A stretch of 60,560 nucleotides of DNA from a virus. Its lineage: Duplodnaviria; Caudoviricetes. Below are positions 9,435-18,917 of this stretch, in pieces (position 1 is the first letter of the stretch; every line of letters starts with the position of its first letter). A program made the position numbers and the translations under genes. The notes beneath the pieces were generated by a model. That model was not told the origin of the DNA. It saw only the letters and a program-made list of their open reading frames with translations, and searched no databases. The DNA is taken from the IMG/VR virus record IMGVR_UViG_3300005512_000032, positions 1-60,560 of that record. One strand, 5' to 3'.

Positions 9435-10346
9435 ATGGCCAGCACATATACCACAAACCTCGGTATCGAAAAGATCACCACGGGTGAACAATCGGGAACT
9501 TGGGGCGGTACAACCAACACAAACTTTGACATTATTGATCAGGCGATCAACGGCATCGAGACAGTGACACTGCCTGCGGCTGGGAGCTCTGGATCACCAA
9601 ACTCACTCGCGATTACAGACGGCGCTGTATCCAGCGGCCGAAATAAATTTATTGAGTTCGATGACGGCGGAGACCTCGGTGCAACAGCCTACGTGCAGTT
9701 AACACCGAATGACGCAGAAAAGATTGTCATCATCCGAAACAGCTTGTCAGCAAGCCGTGCACTGATTGTATTCCAAGGGACGTACAACGCATCGAATGAC
9801 TTCGAGATTGCCAACGGCAAAGACGTTGTTCTGAAGTTTGACGGAGCCGGTGCAGGCGCGACAGTGACACAGGTCTTCGAAGATCTGAACGTGACAGCGT
9901 TAGACGCAACCACAGTGGCGGCAACAACAGTTGATACCACCAACGTGGAAGTGACCAACATCAAGGCGAAGGACGGCACCAGTGCGGGTAGCATTGCCGA
10001 CTCAACCGGTGTTGTGACACTTGCGAGCTCAGTCCTGACCACCACAGACATCAACGGCGGAACCATTGACGGTGCCACCATTGGTGCAAGCAGTGCAACC
10101 ACAGGTGTGTTCACACAGTTGAACGTGGAGGCACAGGGCGAGATTCGACTGGAAGACTCGGCCGGTGGTGAGTATGTCGCGCTTCGCGCTCCAACGACTG
10201 TCAGCAGTAACCTGACACTGACCCTGCCTGCGGCAGACGGATCCAGTGGACAGGCGCTTGTGACGGACGCATCTGGAAATCTGTCGTTTTCGGACGCAGG
10301 TATTTCGACTGGCAAAGCCATCGCAATGGCAATCGTGTTCGGATAA
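9435..10346 (+). CDS. Tail fibre protein
   Basis: TGEQSGTWG..TN N-terminus, TLTLP.ADG..GQ.L.TD.SG.LSF repeat, C-terminal GKAIAMAIVFG. Confidence 0.7.
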   Translation: MASTYTTNLGIEKITTGEQSGTWGGTTNTNFDIIDQAINGIETVTLPAAGSSGSPNSLAITDGAVSSGRNKFIEFDDGGDLGATAYVQLTPNDAEKIVIIRNSLSASRALIVFQGTYNASNDFEIANGKDVVLKFDGAGAGATVTQVFEDLNVTALDATTVAATTVDTTNVEVTNIKAKDGTSAGSIADSTGVVTLASSVLTTTDINGGTIDGATIGASSATTGVFTQLNVEAQGEIRLEDSAGGEYVALRAPTTVSSNLTLTLPAADGSSGQALVTDASGNLSFSDAGISTGKAIAMAIVFG

Positions 10347-10374
10347 ACAATTGATTTTAAAGAGGATTTATTAA

Positions 10375-10749
10375 ATGGCCGCTCCGAATATTGTAAACGT
10401 CACCACGATCACAGGCAAAACTGCCGTGGTGAGTCTCTCAACAACAAGCGCAACAGAGATCGTGAGCAACGCCGCCGCTTCTGGCAAGGTGTTCAAGATC
10501 AATTCATTGGTGGTATCGAATGTGGACGGCACGTCCGCCGCAGACATCACTGTCAGCTACTACAGCGAGGATAACATTGGCGGTACCGCGACCGAAATAG
10601 TTTCAACGGTTTCTGTCCCTGCTGACGCATCCCTTGTAGTGATCGACAAGAACTCTTCATTGTATCTTGAGGAAGACCGTTCTATTGGAGCGACCGCAGG
10701 TACAGCCAGCGATCTGAAGGTTATCGCGAGCTACGAAGAGATCTCATAA
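10375..10749 (+). CDS. Tail-fibre-associated structural protein
   Basis: MAAPNIVNV...SYEEIS pattern that commonly follows AIAMAIVFG-type fibres. Confidence 0.6.
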   Translation: MAAPNIVNVTTITGKTAVVSLSTTSATEIVSNAAASGKVFKINSLVVSNVDGTSAADITVSYYSEDNIGGTATEIVSTVSVPADASLVVIDKNSSLYLEEDRSIGATAGTASDLKVIASYEEIS

Positions 10750-12156
10750 ATGGCTAAAGGTCCCGGTGGAATTATTTCTGGTGGATTTGATCCGCTCAAC
10801 GCCCCAGATGCGCCAACCATTGATTCTGTCAGCGCAGGTGTATTAACTGCTGATGTCACGTTCTCTGCTCCAGCCGACACGGGCGCAGGCACGGTAGACT
10901 CGTATGTAATCACTGCCAAGCAGAGCGATGGCACAGGTGTGTCTGCCACAGCCTCTGCCGCTGGTACAACCACTGTTACCCTCACCGCAGGCGGTACAAC
11001 GACATTCGCCGCTCAAGCAATCAGCAATGCCTTCGGACCCGGTGCTTTTAGTGGGTTTGGTAACTCGACTTCAGTGTTTAGTGGTCAGGAGTTGTATGCT
11101 TGGGGTTTTAATACTAATGGTAATCTAGGCGTAAATGACAGAACTTCAAGAAGCTCTCCAACTCAAGTGGGTTCTTTGACAACATGGTCTCAGGTTTCAA
11201 CTGACAGTGGAGGGACGCTGGCAATTAAAACAGATGGAACTCTTTGGTCTTGGTCAAATAACAATGTAGGGCAAGCTGGGGACGGGACCACCATAAGCAG
11301 ATCTTCCCCGGTTCAAATTGGATCTGAAACTAATTGGGCAAAAGTCGTCGGATCTCGTGGTGATTGCTCTTTGGCGATTGATACCGATGGAAAACTCTAC
11401 GCATGGGGCGCTGGTCCTAATGGTGAGTTAGGGACCAATGACACAATAGCAAAATCCTCCCCAGTACAAGTCGGTGCTTTGACTAACTGGTCAGATATAT
11501 CAATCGGAAACGATCACTGCCTTGCAATTAAAACTGACGGTACGTTATGGGCGTGGGGAGGAGATACCAATGGAGCGGTTGGGGACGGTACCGCAACTAA
11601 AAGATCATCTCCGGTACAAATCGGTTCTGATACGGATTGGCTTCAGGCTTCTGCGGGAAATGATTTTAGCATCGGCATAAAAACAGACGGCACATTATAT
11701 GGTTGGGGAAGAAATGATGACGGGCAACACGGAGACGGAACCAAAACAGACAGCTTTACTCCGGGAGCGTCTGCTATAGCTCCAGCGTTTGCTCAAATTT
11801 CTGCCGGCACGGAATGGGCTTTAGGAATCACCGCTGATGGTGAAATGTGGTCATGGGGCAATAATTCTAGCGGAAGGCTTGGGTTAAACATTGATCAAAC
11901 CATAGATAGATCATCTCCTGTACAAATTGGGGCACTAACAAGCTGGTCACAGGCTGATGCAGGCTCTTCTCACGGTGCCGCAATAAAGACTGACGGAACA
12001 GCGTGGTCATGGGGAAGCAACAACACTGGACAGCTTGGAAATAACTCTCCTTTCAGTGTAAATAGATCCTCGCCCGTACAAATTGGTTCAGAGACAAGTT
12101 GGACAAGTATTTCGGCGGGGACCGTTACGATGGGCACATTCGGAACAACCTCATAG
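10750..12156 (+). CDS. RCC1/BLIP-II repeat beta-propeller with an N-terminal FN3-like domain (copy 1)
   Basis: About seven ~50-aa repeats of AIKTDGTLW.WG.N..GQLG....RSSPVQIG. Confidence 0.9.
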   Translation: MAKGPGGIISGGFDPLNAPDAPTIDSVSAGVLTADVTFSAPADTGAGTVDSYVITAKQSDGTGVSATASAAGTTTVTLTAGGTTTFAAQAISNAFGPGAFSGFGNSTSVFSGQELYAWGFNTNGNLGVNDRTSRSSPTQVGSLTTWSQVSTDSGGTLAIKTDGTLWSWSNNNVGQAGDGTTISRSSPVQIGSETNWAKVVGSRGDCSLAIDTDGKLYAWGAGPNGELGTNDTIAKSSPVQVGALTNWSDISIGNDHCLAIKTDGTLWAWGGDTNGAVGDGTATKRSSPVQIGSDTDWLQASAGNDFSIGIKTDGTLYGWGRNDDGQHGDGTKTDSFTPGASAIAPAFAQISAGTEWALGITADGEMWSWGNNSSGRLGLNIDQTIDRSSPVQIGALTSWSQADAGSSHGAAIKTDGTAWSWGSNNTGQLGNNSPFSVNRSSPVQIGSETSWTSISAGTVTMGTFGTTS

Positions 12157-12168
12157 GAACATGAAGGA

Positions 12169-13578
12169 ATGACAGGAACATCAGGATTCAAAGGCTCGGG
12201 GATCACGGACCCATTCCAGACACCCGATGCACCCACGGTTGATAGTGTATCTGCCGGTGTTCTGTCTGCTTCTGTTTCTTTTACTGCCCCGGCTGACACG
12301 GGCGGGGGTGCGATTACCTCCTATGTTGCTTCTGCAAAACAATCAGACGGTACTTCTGTATCTGGTACTGGTACCTCATCCCCAATTAATATTACCTTGA
12401 CTGCGGGCGGTACAACTAATTTCGCTGTACAGGCGTTTAATACCTACGGTGCAGGACAGTTCAGTGGGTATGGGAACGCTACATCTGTGTTGAGTGGCCA
12501 GCAGTTGTATTCTTGGGGTATAGACAGCAACGGGCAACTTGGTCAGACCACACAAGCCTCATTATCTTCTCCAGTGCAAATAGGCTCAGATACGGACTGG
12601 AGTTCAATAGGCCATGATATGCAGGGAGCGGAGTATGTCACCGCTATCAAAACAGATGGAACATTGTATTCTTGGGGCGGAAACAATGCCAACGGTGAGC
12701 TTGGCCACAACGATGTCGTAGCCAAGTCTTCTCCAACTCAAGTCGGAGCATTGACTACTTGGAGCGATAGCTCTACCGGGAGAAAAAATCTTTTATTGGC
12801 AAAAACTGACGGTACATTGTGGTCAATAGGCGACAACTTATTTGGCCAGCTTGGGATCAATACAGGCAATACAGACGATAGATCTTCTCCGGTACAAGTT
12901 GGATCTGATACGAATTGGTCTAGGGTTGCTTGCGGAGGGGAGTATTTCTCTATCGCACTGACCACAACTGGAGAGTTATACGGATTTGGATATAACATCT
13001 ACGGTCAACTAGGAGACAACACGAACGTAAGGAGATCGTCTCCTGTGCAAGTCGGGGCGGAGTCTGATTGGGCAACCATGGGCACATTACAGTATTCATG
13101 TTCCGCCATTAAAACCGATGGTACCTTTTGGTCTTGGGGGTACAACAACAACGGCATGATTGGAGACAATACAACAATAAGAAGATCCTCTCCTGTACAA
13201 GTTGGAGCTTTAACCAATTGGAGCAAGGTTTCAGGTTCAGAGGAAGCGTGGTGCGCCATCAAGACAGACGGGACTTTGTGGAGTTGCGGTCGAGGGACTG
13301 ATGGGCAACTTGGAACCAACTCTGTAGTGGACCGTTCGTCTCCTGTACAAATTGGCTCAAACACTAATTGGTCAAAAGTTTCTGCTGGTAAAACCCATTT
13401 TGTAGCTTTGACAACTACTGGAGAGATTTACGCATGGGGCAACCTAGATAGTGGCCAAGGAAACAATGATCTTGGAGGAACTGTTCGTCGATCCTCCCCG
13501 GTTCAAATCGGAGCGTTGACTAGCTGGACTGATATTGAAGCATCTAAATTTTCAGTTTACGGTGCAATAGGGGTTTAG
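12169..13578 (+). CDS. RCC1/BLIP-II repeat protein with an N-terminal FN3-like domain (copy 2)
   Basis: Same repeats; N-terminus paralogous to copy 1 (PDAPT.DSVSAGVL.A.V.F.APADTG). Confidence 0.9.
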   Translation: MTGTSGFKGSGITDPFQTPDAPTVDSVSAGVLSASVSFTAPADTGGGAITSYVASAKQSDGTSVSGTGTSSPINITLTAGGTTNFAVQAFNTYGAGQFSGYGNATSVLSGQQLYSWGIDSNGQLGQTTQASLSSPVQIGSDTDWSSIGHDMQGAEYVTAIKTDGTLYSWGGNNANGELGHNDVVAKSSPTQVGALTTWSDSSTGRKNLLLAKTDGTLWSIGDNLFGQLGINTGNTDDRSSPVQVGSDTNWSRVACGGEYFSIALTTTGELYGFGYNIYGQLGDNTNVRRSSPVQVGAESDWATMGTLQYSCSAIKTDGTFWSWGYNNNGMIGDNTTIRRSSPVQVGALTNWSKVSGSEEAWCAIKTDGTLWSCGRGTDGQLGTNSVVDRSSPVQIGSNTNWSKVSAGKTHFVALTTTGEIYAWGNLDSGQGNNDLGGTVRRSSPVQIGALTSWTDIEASKFSVYGAIGV

Positions 13579-13580
13579 TA

Positions 13581-14753
13581 ATGCCAAATTATAGTGGAAA
13601 GTGGAACTTAGACGGACAACTGCGGGGCATCAAGCAGGGCACTTGGACCGGTATTGGTGGGTTAGAACTATATATCTGGGGTGACGGTGCAAATGGTCGC
13701 TTGGGCGATGGCACAGTTGTTTTTTATTCTTCCCCGATTCAAATAAGCTCAACAGGTGGAACTACTTTTTCTACAGTAGAACTAGGTGGTGCAAGTACAA
13801 AAGCACTTAAATCTGATGGTACGTTATGGGCTTGGGGAAACAATGACGAGGGTGCTTTAGGAGACGGTACAGTTATCCATAGGTCATCTCCGGTGCAAAT
13901 TAGCTCAGACACTGACTGGCAATATCTCGGTATTGGTGGTGGTCACAACTTAGTGATTAAAACTGATGGAAGTCTGTGGTCTTTTGGTGCGGCATATTTT
14001 GGCGGTCTTGGGAATAGAGGCCACTCAGAACACAATTCTTCTCCAACACAAGTTGGCGCATTGACCGATTGGGCTTATGTTTCTGCAGGCGCATCATATT
14101 CTCTTGCTGTTAAAACAGATGGGACTTTATGGTCATGGGGGTTGAACAACTACGGGCAACTTGGTCAAAACTTATTTACAGGAACAAACCGTTCTTCGCC
14201 GGTTCAAGTCGGTGCCTTGACTAATTGGGCTGTTGTTGCCGGAGGATATGAGAGCGGGTACGCAATAAAAACAGATGGGACTTTATGGGCTTGGGGAAGA
14301 GAGCTTTATGGAGGACTGGGGAATAATATTGGTACATCTACAGCCAAATCTTCGCCGATACAAGTTGGTGCTTTGACGGACTGGTCCGCTATTGAAGGCA
14401 GTAATAATAGGGCAATTGCTCTCAAAACCGACGGAACAATATGGGCTTGGGGACGAAACAACCTCGGCCAGCTTGGTCAAAATAATACAATTGATAAATC
14501 CTCTCCTGTTCAAATTGGTGCGTTAACTTCTTGGACAGCAGTTGGTTGCGGTCAAAACTCTCTGTATGCCCTGAAGTCTGATGGCACATTATGGGTATGG
14601 GGATATAATCTTGATGGACAACTAGGGTTGGGCGATACAATCACTTACTCGTCACCAGTACAGTTGGGTACATCCACAGGCTGGACCTCCATAGCCAGCG
14701 GCAATAACTCAACACATGCGGCTGGGATTTTGCTTGAGCGGACAGGAATGTAA
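13581..14753 (+). CDS. RCC1/BLIP-II repeat protein (copy 3)
   Basis: SSPVQIG repeats; N-terminal MPNYSGKW peptide. Confidence 0.9.
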   Translation: MPNYSGKWNLDGQLRGIKQGTWTGIGGLELYIWGDGANGRLGDGTVVFYSSPIQISSTGGTTFSTVELGGASTKALKSDGTLWAWGNNDEGALGDGTVIHRSSPVQISSDTDWQYLGIGGGHNLVIKTDGSLWSFGAAYFGGLGNRGHSEHNSSPTQVGALTDWAYVSAGASYSLAVKTDGTLWSWGLNNYGQLGQNLFTGTNRSSPVQVGALTNWAVVAGGYESGYAIKTDGTLWAWGRELYGGLGNNIGTSTAKSSPIQVGALTDWSAIEGSNNRAIALKTDGTIWAWGRNNLGQLGQNNTIDKSSPVQIGALTSWTAVGCGQNSLYALKSDGTLWVWGYNLDGQLGLGDTITYSSPVQLGTSTGWTSIASGNNSTHAAGILLERTGM

Positions 14754-14946
14754 CCATGCCAAATTATTCAGGAGTCTGGACACTACAAGAGCAGTACGAG
14801 GCCGTCCTTGAAGGGAATTGGCCGCAATAACTCAACACATGCGGCTGGGATTTTGCTTGAGCGGACAGGAATGTAACCATGCCAAATTATTCAGGAGTCT
14901 GGACACTACAAGAGCAGTACGAGGCCGTCCTTGAAGGGAATTGGCC
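14701..14946 (+). repeat. Exact 123-bp tandem duplication (14701-14823 and 14824-14946)
   Basis: GCAATAACTCAACACATG...GAAGGGAATTGGCC is present twice back to back. Confidence 0.95.
14756..14830 (+). CDS. 24-aa mini-ORF MPNYSGVWTLQEQYEAVLEGNWPQ created by the duplication
   Basis: Has the same RBS and ATG context as the gene at 14879 and stops at TAA just past the duplication junction. Confidence 0.35.
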   Translation: MPNYSGVWTLQEQYEAVLEGNWPQ

Positions 14947-16036
14947 TGAGATTTTTCGTGCTGAGCTATATATCTGGGGAGACAACGGTGACGGAGAACT
15001 TGGTTTGGGGGATGTTAATGATACATCGTCCCCTGTACAGGTTGGTTCTGAGTCGGACTGGTCTGTTGTTAGTTCAGGCCAATCAGTAACTTCTGGAGTA
15101 AAAACTAATAATACACTGTGGTCATGGGGTTCTAGCAGTGTTGGAAGACACGGCCTTAATGACTCCATAAGCCGATCTTCTCCTGTTCAGATTGGCGCAT
15201 TAACAGTATGGGCTGACGTTTCTTTAGGGGGGGCTTTTGGTGTAGCTCGCACCACAAGTGGAGAGCTTTATTCTTGGGGCCAAGATGCTAACGGAAGATT
15301 GGGTCTTAATGCGGTTAGCGGAGCTGTATCCTCCCCAACACAAATCGGTTCTTTAACCGACTGGTCCAAAATTAGTGCAGGCGGGTCGTTTGTTCTTGCT
15401 ACAAAAACAGACAACACACTATGGGCTTGGGGATATAACGGACGGGGAAATCTTGGGGATGGAACGACTGTAGACAAATCTTCTCCAGTGCAAATTGGCG
15501 CATTAACTGACTGGGATGAGATTTCCGCTGGTTATGAAACTGCAACCGGTGCATTTTGCATGGCAATCAATTCTTCAGGTGAGTTATACGCTTGGGGGGA
15601 TCCGGTTTATGGTTCGTTGGGGTTAAATATCAATACCCCAGAATTAAAATCTTCCCCTGTTCAAGTGGGCGCATTGACAAACTGGTCAAAGGTAGCCGCA
15701 GGAGCCGCACATACACTTGCTGTTAAATCCGATGGAACGCTTTGGTCTTGGGGTAGAGGAGCATTTGGTAGAACTGGGCACAACGATGAAGTTGACAGGT
15801 CCTCTCCAGTACAAATAGGTTCAGATACAGACTGGGCAGATGTATCTGCTTCTTATCATAGCCTTGCCCTAAAAACAGACGGTACACTATGGGCGTGGGG
15901 TATTGGCGCAACCGGTAGAATGGGGTTGGGCGATATAATTAACCGGTCTTCTCCGGTGCAGATTGGATCTCTTGTTAAATGGTCGTCTGTATCCGCAGGA
16001 TTAGATCATTCTAGCGGTCTGTTTAGAATCACATAA
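14879..16036 (+). CDS. RCC1/BLIP-II repeat protein (copy 4)
   Basis: SSPVQIG repeats; N-terminal MPNYSGVW peptide. Confidence 0.9.
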   Translation: MPNYSGVWTLQEQYEAVLEGNWPEIFRAELYIWGDNGDGELGLGDVNDTSSPVQVGSESDWSVVSSGQSVTSGVKTNNTLWSWGSSSVGRHGLNDSISRSSPVQIGALTVWADVSLGGAFGVARTTSGELYSWGQDANGRLGLNAVSGAVSSPTQIGSLTDWSKISAGGSFVLATKTDNTLWAWGYNGRGNLGDGTTVDKSSPVQIGALTDWDEISAGYETATGAFCMAINSSGELYAWGDPVYGSLGLNINTPELKSSPVQVGALTNWSKVAAGAAHTLAVKSDGTLWSWGRGAFGRTGHNDEVDRSSPVQIGSDTDWADVSASYHSLALKTDGTLWAWGIGATGRMGLGDIINRSSPVQIGSLVKWSSVSAGLDHSSGLFRIT

Positions 16037-16039
16037 CCT

Positions 16040-17047
16040 ATGAGCGCATTAGAAAAAGACATTCACCCACTCGACATTGCCCTAAGCTGTGCTATTAACG
16101 GCCAGCCGGACTTGTCTGAAGACATCCTACGGGCACAGGACCAAGAAGACCCTCGTGTACTATTCAACCTCGGTTGGCACGACATGCGCCACGGGCAGTT
16201 GAAGAAAGGCTTTGAGGGCATGAACGTGGGCCGTTACATCAAGGTCTTTGGTTCTGATCCCATTGGTGGGCCAATCCCACGCCCTGAAGATGACTTAAAC
16301 GGCAAGCATGTATTATTGCGTTGTGAGGGTGGATTCGGTGATGAGATCATCAACTTCCGCTTCGCAAAGAATTTTAAAGACAAAGGTGCGATTGTCACCA
16401 TTGCCTGTCATCCACGCCTCGCCAAGTTGTTTGCTCGTGAGGGCTACTCTGTTGTTACAAACAAGACAGCAGAAGCACAGGGCGTGTACTTTGATTACTG
16501 GGTGCCCGCCATGTCAGCGGCATTTTGCTTGGGCTTGGAGATGGACGACTTAGATGGGTCACCGTATTTGACCAAGCCCGAATTACAGAAAGGTGAGAAG
16601 TTCCGTGTCGGCCTCAAGTGGTCCGGTAACCCAGAGTTTGAACACGAGCAACACCGCACCTTCCCGACACAACAAATGTTTGATGCAATCGGTGGGCATG
16701 ACATTGAGTATGTCAGCTTGCAACGTGATGAAGGCAAAGAAGAGCGTCCAGAGTGGGCACAAGAAGTGTGCTTAGATGACTGGACTGACACTGCCGCTGA
16801 GATTGCCAAGTGTGACCTCGTGATTAGTTCGTGTACGTCCATCGCACATTGCAGTGCGGCCATGGGAATACCGACTTGGGTTATCACACCTGTGATGCCA
16901 TATTATCTGTGGGCACTGCCCGGAGACACTTCTCCGTGGTATGATTCCGTGAAATTATTCCGTCAGGAAAAGTACGGCGAATGGGATGCTCCGTTCGCAA
17001 AACTAAAAGTTGAACTAGCAAAGGAAGTTGAACATGCCAACAACTAA
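16040..17047 (+). CDS. GT-B glycosyltransferase (GT9/heptosyltransferase-like) with TPR-like N-terminus
   Basis: EGGFGDEI...RF, VGLKWSGNP, SLQ, DLVISSCTSIAH..AAMG.PTW, SPWY..V.LFRQ motifs. Confidence 0.75.
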   Translation: MSALEKDIHPLDIALSCAINGQPDLSEDILRAQDQEDPRVLFNLGWHDMRHGQLKKGFEGMNVGRYIKVFGSDPIGGPIPRPEDDLNGKHVLLRCEGGFGDEIINFRFAKNFKDKGAIVTIACHPRLAKLFAREGYSVVTNKTAEAQGVYFDYWVPAMSAAFCLGLEMDDLDGSPYLTKPELQKGEKFRVGLKWSGNPEFEHEQHRTFPTQQMFDAIGGHDIEYVSLQRDEGKEERPEWAQEVCLDDWTDTAAEIAKCDLVISSCTSIAHCSAAMGIPTWVITPVMPYYLWALPGDTSPWYDSVKLFRQEKYGEWDAPFAKLKVELAKEVEHANN

Positions 17048-17468
17048 AACTGGATACTGGATTCGTGTAGAAAACGATCAGGTTAAAGACGTATGGGACT
17101 ACAAGCCAACAACAGGACCGAAGGCCGACCTTCCGGGCTGGCGTGAGGCTGTAGAGATCTTCCCTGACCTCACAGAAAACCGTGAAATTATCACAACACA
17201 TTCTTTCGACCTCACTGTAACGCCTGCACAAATCAACTGGGCAAAGCGTGACTTGACTGTAGATGAGCGCAAGGATGGCCTGAAGGGTCAAGCCAAGGCG
17301 ACGTATCAAGCGGTTGTCGAAGAAGAATTGCGTAAGGAACTGGATGAGTTCCCTGAAACACAGTACAACGCTGAAACTGTAGCGGCGGCACAAACTGTGT
17401 ACGAAAACGCAATGACAGCGATTGATGCGCTGACTACGCATGAAGAAGTGGACAGCTACGGCTCTTAA
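17034..17468 (+). CDS. Hypothetical protein, possibly a fibre assembly chaperone
   Basis: AAGGA RBS; helical C-terminus; located in the fibre module. Confidence 0.5.
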   Translation: MPTTKTGYWIRVENDQVKDVWDYKPTTGPKADLPGWREAVEIFPDLTENREIITTHSFDLTVTPAQINWAKRDLTVDERKDGLKGQAKATYQAVVEEELRKELDEFPETQYNAETVAAAQTVYENAMTAIDALTTHEEVDSYGS

Positions 17469-18169
17469 TGGAGTCCCTGTTTTACTCGTATAACACCGCT
17501 GTCTCAAAAGCGTACATTATTCGTGTCAATGGGCACGAAGACGGTGAGCAAAAGGCAAAGCGTTGCGCGGATTCTTGCGACAAGGTTGGCATGCCGTGGG
17601 AATACTGGGATGCGTACAACGGCTTAGAGGGGACAATTGTTCCCCCTGAGCATCACAGTGGCATCATGGAGATGGTTAAGATTACAGACCACTACATGAC
17701 CCGTGGTGAAGTTGCTTGTGCGCTATCTCACATCTCTCTCTGGCAGAAGTGTGTGATTGATGATCAGCCGCTTGTAGTCTTAGAGCATGACAGCATCATG
17801 GTTCAGCCTTACATGAGCCACAGTGTCTACAACTCAATTTGTTACTTGGGTGGACACGAACAAGCCAAGCAGGGATGGCAGGTATTACCAACGCCGCCAC
17901 ACGCAAGTGAAGGCCCGAACTACCACTTCATCTGTAGGGCACATGCATACGCAATAGATCCTGCTGTGGCAAAGAACTTGTTGGCGCATGTCCTGAAGAT
18001 GGGCATTTGTGCGCCACTCGACATCCTTGTGCGGGCGGATGTGTTCCCGATTCACCAGATGGGTTTATATGCTTACAACGAGTGGGACGGAGACAAGACA
18101 AATACAACAATACTTGGCAGGCCGCTAGAAGGCAGGTCAACCTTACGGAATGACGATCTGTCCGTATGA
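17468..18169 (+). CDS. Glycosyltransferase family 25-like
   Basis: AYII, GEVACALSH..LW, VVLEHD and AHAYAI.P..A..L motifs. Confidence 0.8.
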   Translation: MESLFYSYNTAVSKAYIIRVNGHEDGEQKAKRCADSCDKVGMPWEYWDAYNGLEGTIVPPEHHSGIMEMVKITDHYMTRGEVACALSHISLWQKCVIDDQPLVVLEHDSIMVQPYMSHSVYNSICYLGGHEQAKQGWQVLPTPPHASEGPNYHFICRAHAYAIDPAVAKNLLAHVLKMGICAPLDILVRADVFPIHQMGLYAYNEWDGDKTNTTILGRPLEGRSTLRNDDLSV

Positions 18170-18867
18170 TCCCCAAGAAAGTCCACCTGACGTGGGCCGA
18201 CAAAAACATCTTTGACAACCAGTCACCGTTGATTCAGCAAGGCATTGTGAAGATGCGTGAGCTGAATCCAGACTGGCAATTTACTGTGTACACGGACGAA
18301 GAGATTGAGAGTTATCTCAAGGACAAGCTCCCGCCCGAAGTATACACAGCGATTCAACCCAAACACGTGGTCCAGAAGTCAGACCTGTGGAGACTGATCA
18401 AGCTCTACGAGGAAGGCGGAGTGTACACAGACATTGATCGGTTCTGTGACACGCCCTTTCCGGACGAGCCCGAAATAAGATGGTTTCTGCCAACCTGTCG
18501 GGAATACGACTTCTCTCATGACTTCATGATGACTGCACCCGGCAACCCGGCGTTTGATGTTGCCATCAAGTTGTATATGCAACGTCTGATGGAAGGACAC
18601 ACCAGTGTGTATTTATTGGGACCCCAGACCTACATGCACGCGGTGACAGTGGCCATCACAGGCCACATGATTAACACCAACCCAGAGCCCGAAGCATTTG
18701 ACAGAGTCAGAGCAGAGGCTGACAAGATTGGTGGCATCAAGATTATACGAGAAGACCCGCCCTACAAGACAATCATCTTTAAGGGTGACAATGGGTTGGA
18801 CTGGGAGCAAGAAAAACGAGCCTTGTACAAGTCCTGTGGAATGAAACACTGGACGGGTGAGTGGTAA
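18166..18867 (+). CDS. DXD glycosyltransferase (GT32/OCH1-like)
   Basis: MIPKKVH.TW, NPDW, SDLWRL..LYEEGGVYTDID and GP motifs. Confidence 0.85.
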   Translation: MIPKKVHLTWADKNIFDNQSPLIQQGIVKMRELNPDWQFTVYTDEEIESYLKDKLPPEVYTAIQPKHVVQKSDLWRLIKLYEEGGVYTDIDRFCDTPFPDEPEIRWFLPTCREYDFSHDFMMTAPGNPAFDVAIKLYMQRLMEGHTSVYLLGPQTYMHAVTVAITGHMINTNPEPEAFDRVRAEADKIGGIKIIREDPPYKTIIFKGDNGLDWEQEKRALYKSCGMKHWTGEW

Positions 18868-18917
18868 GGCTTGGTGTATCATATACCTAGAAATTATCAT
18901 GCTTTCAGAGACCTTAT

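Noticed and set aside
10750-16036. Diversity-generating retroelement acting on the RCC1 genes
   Set aside because: No reverse transcriptase is present, and no template/variable repeat pair with adenine-specific differences was seen.
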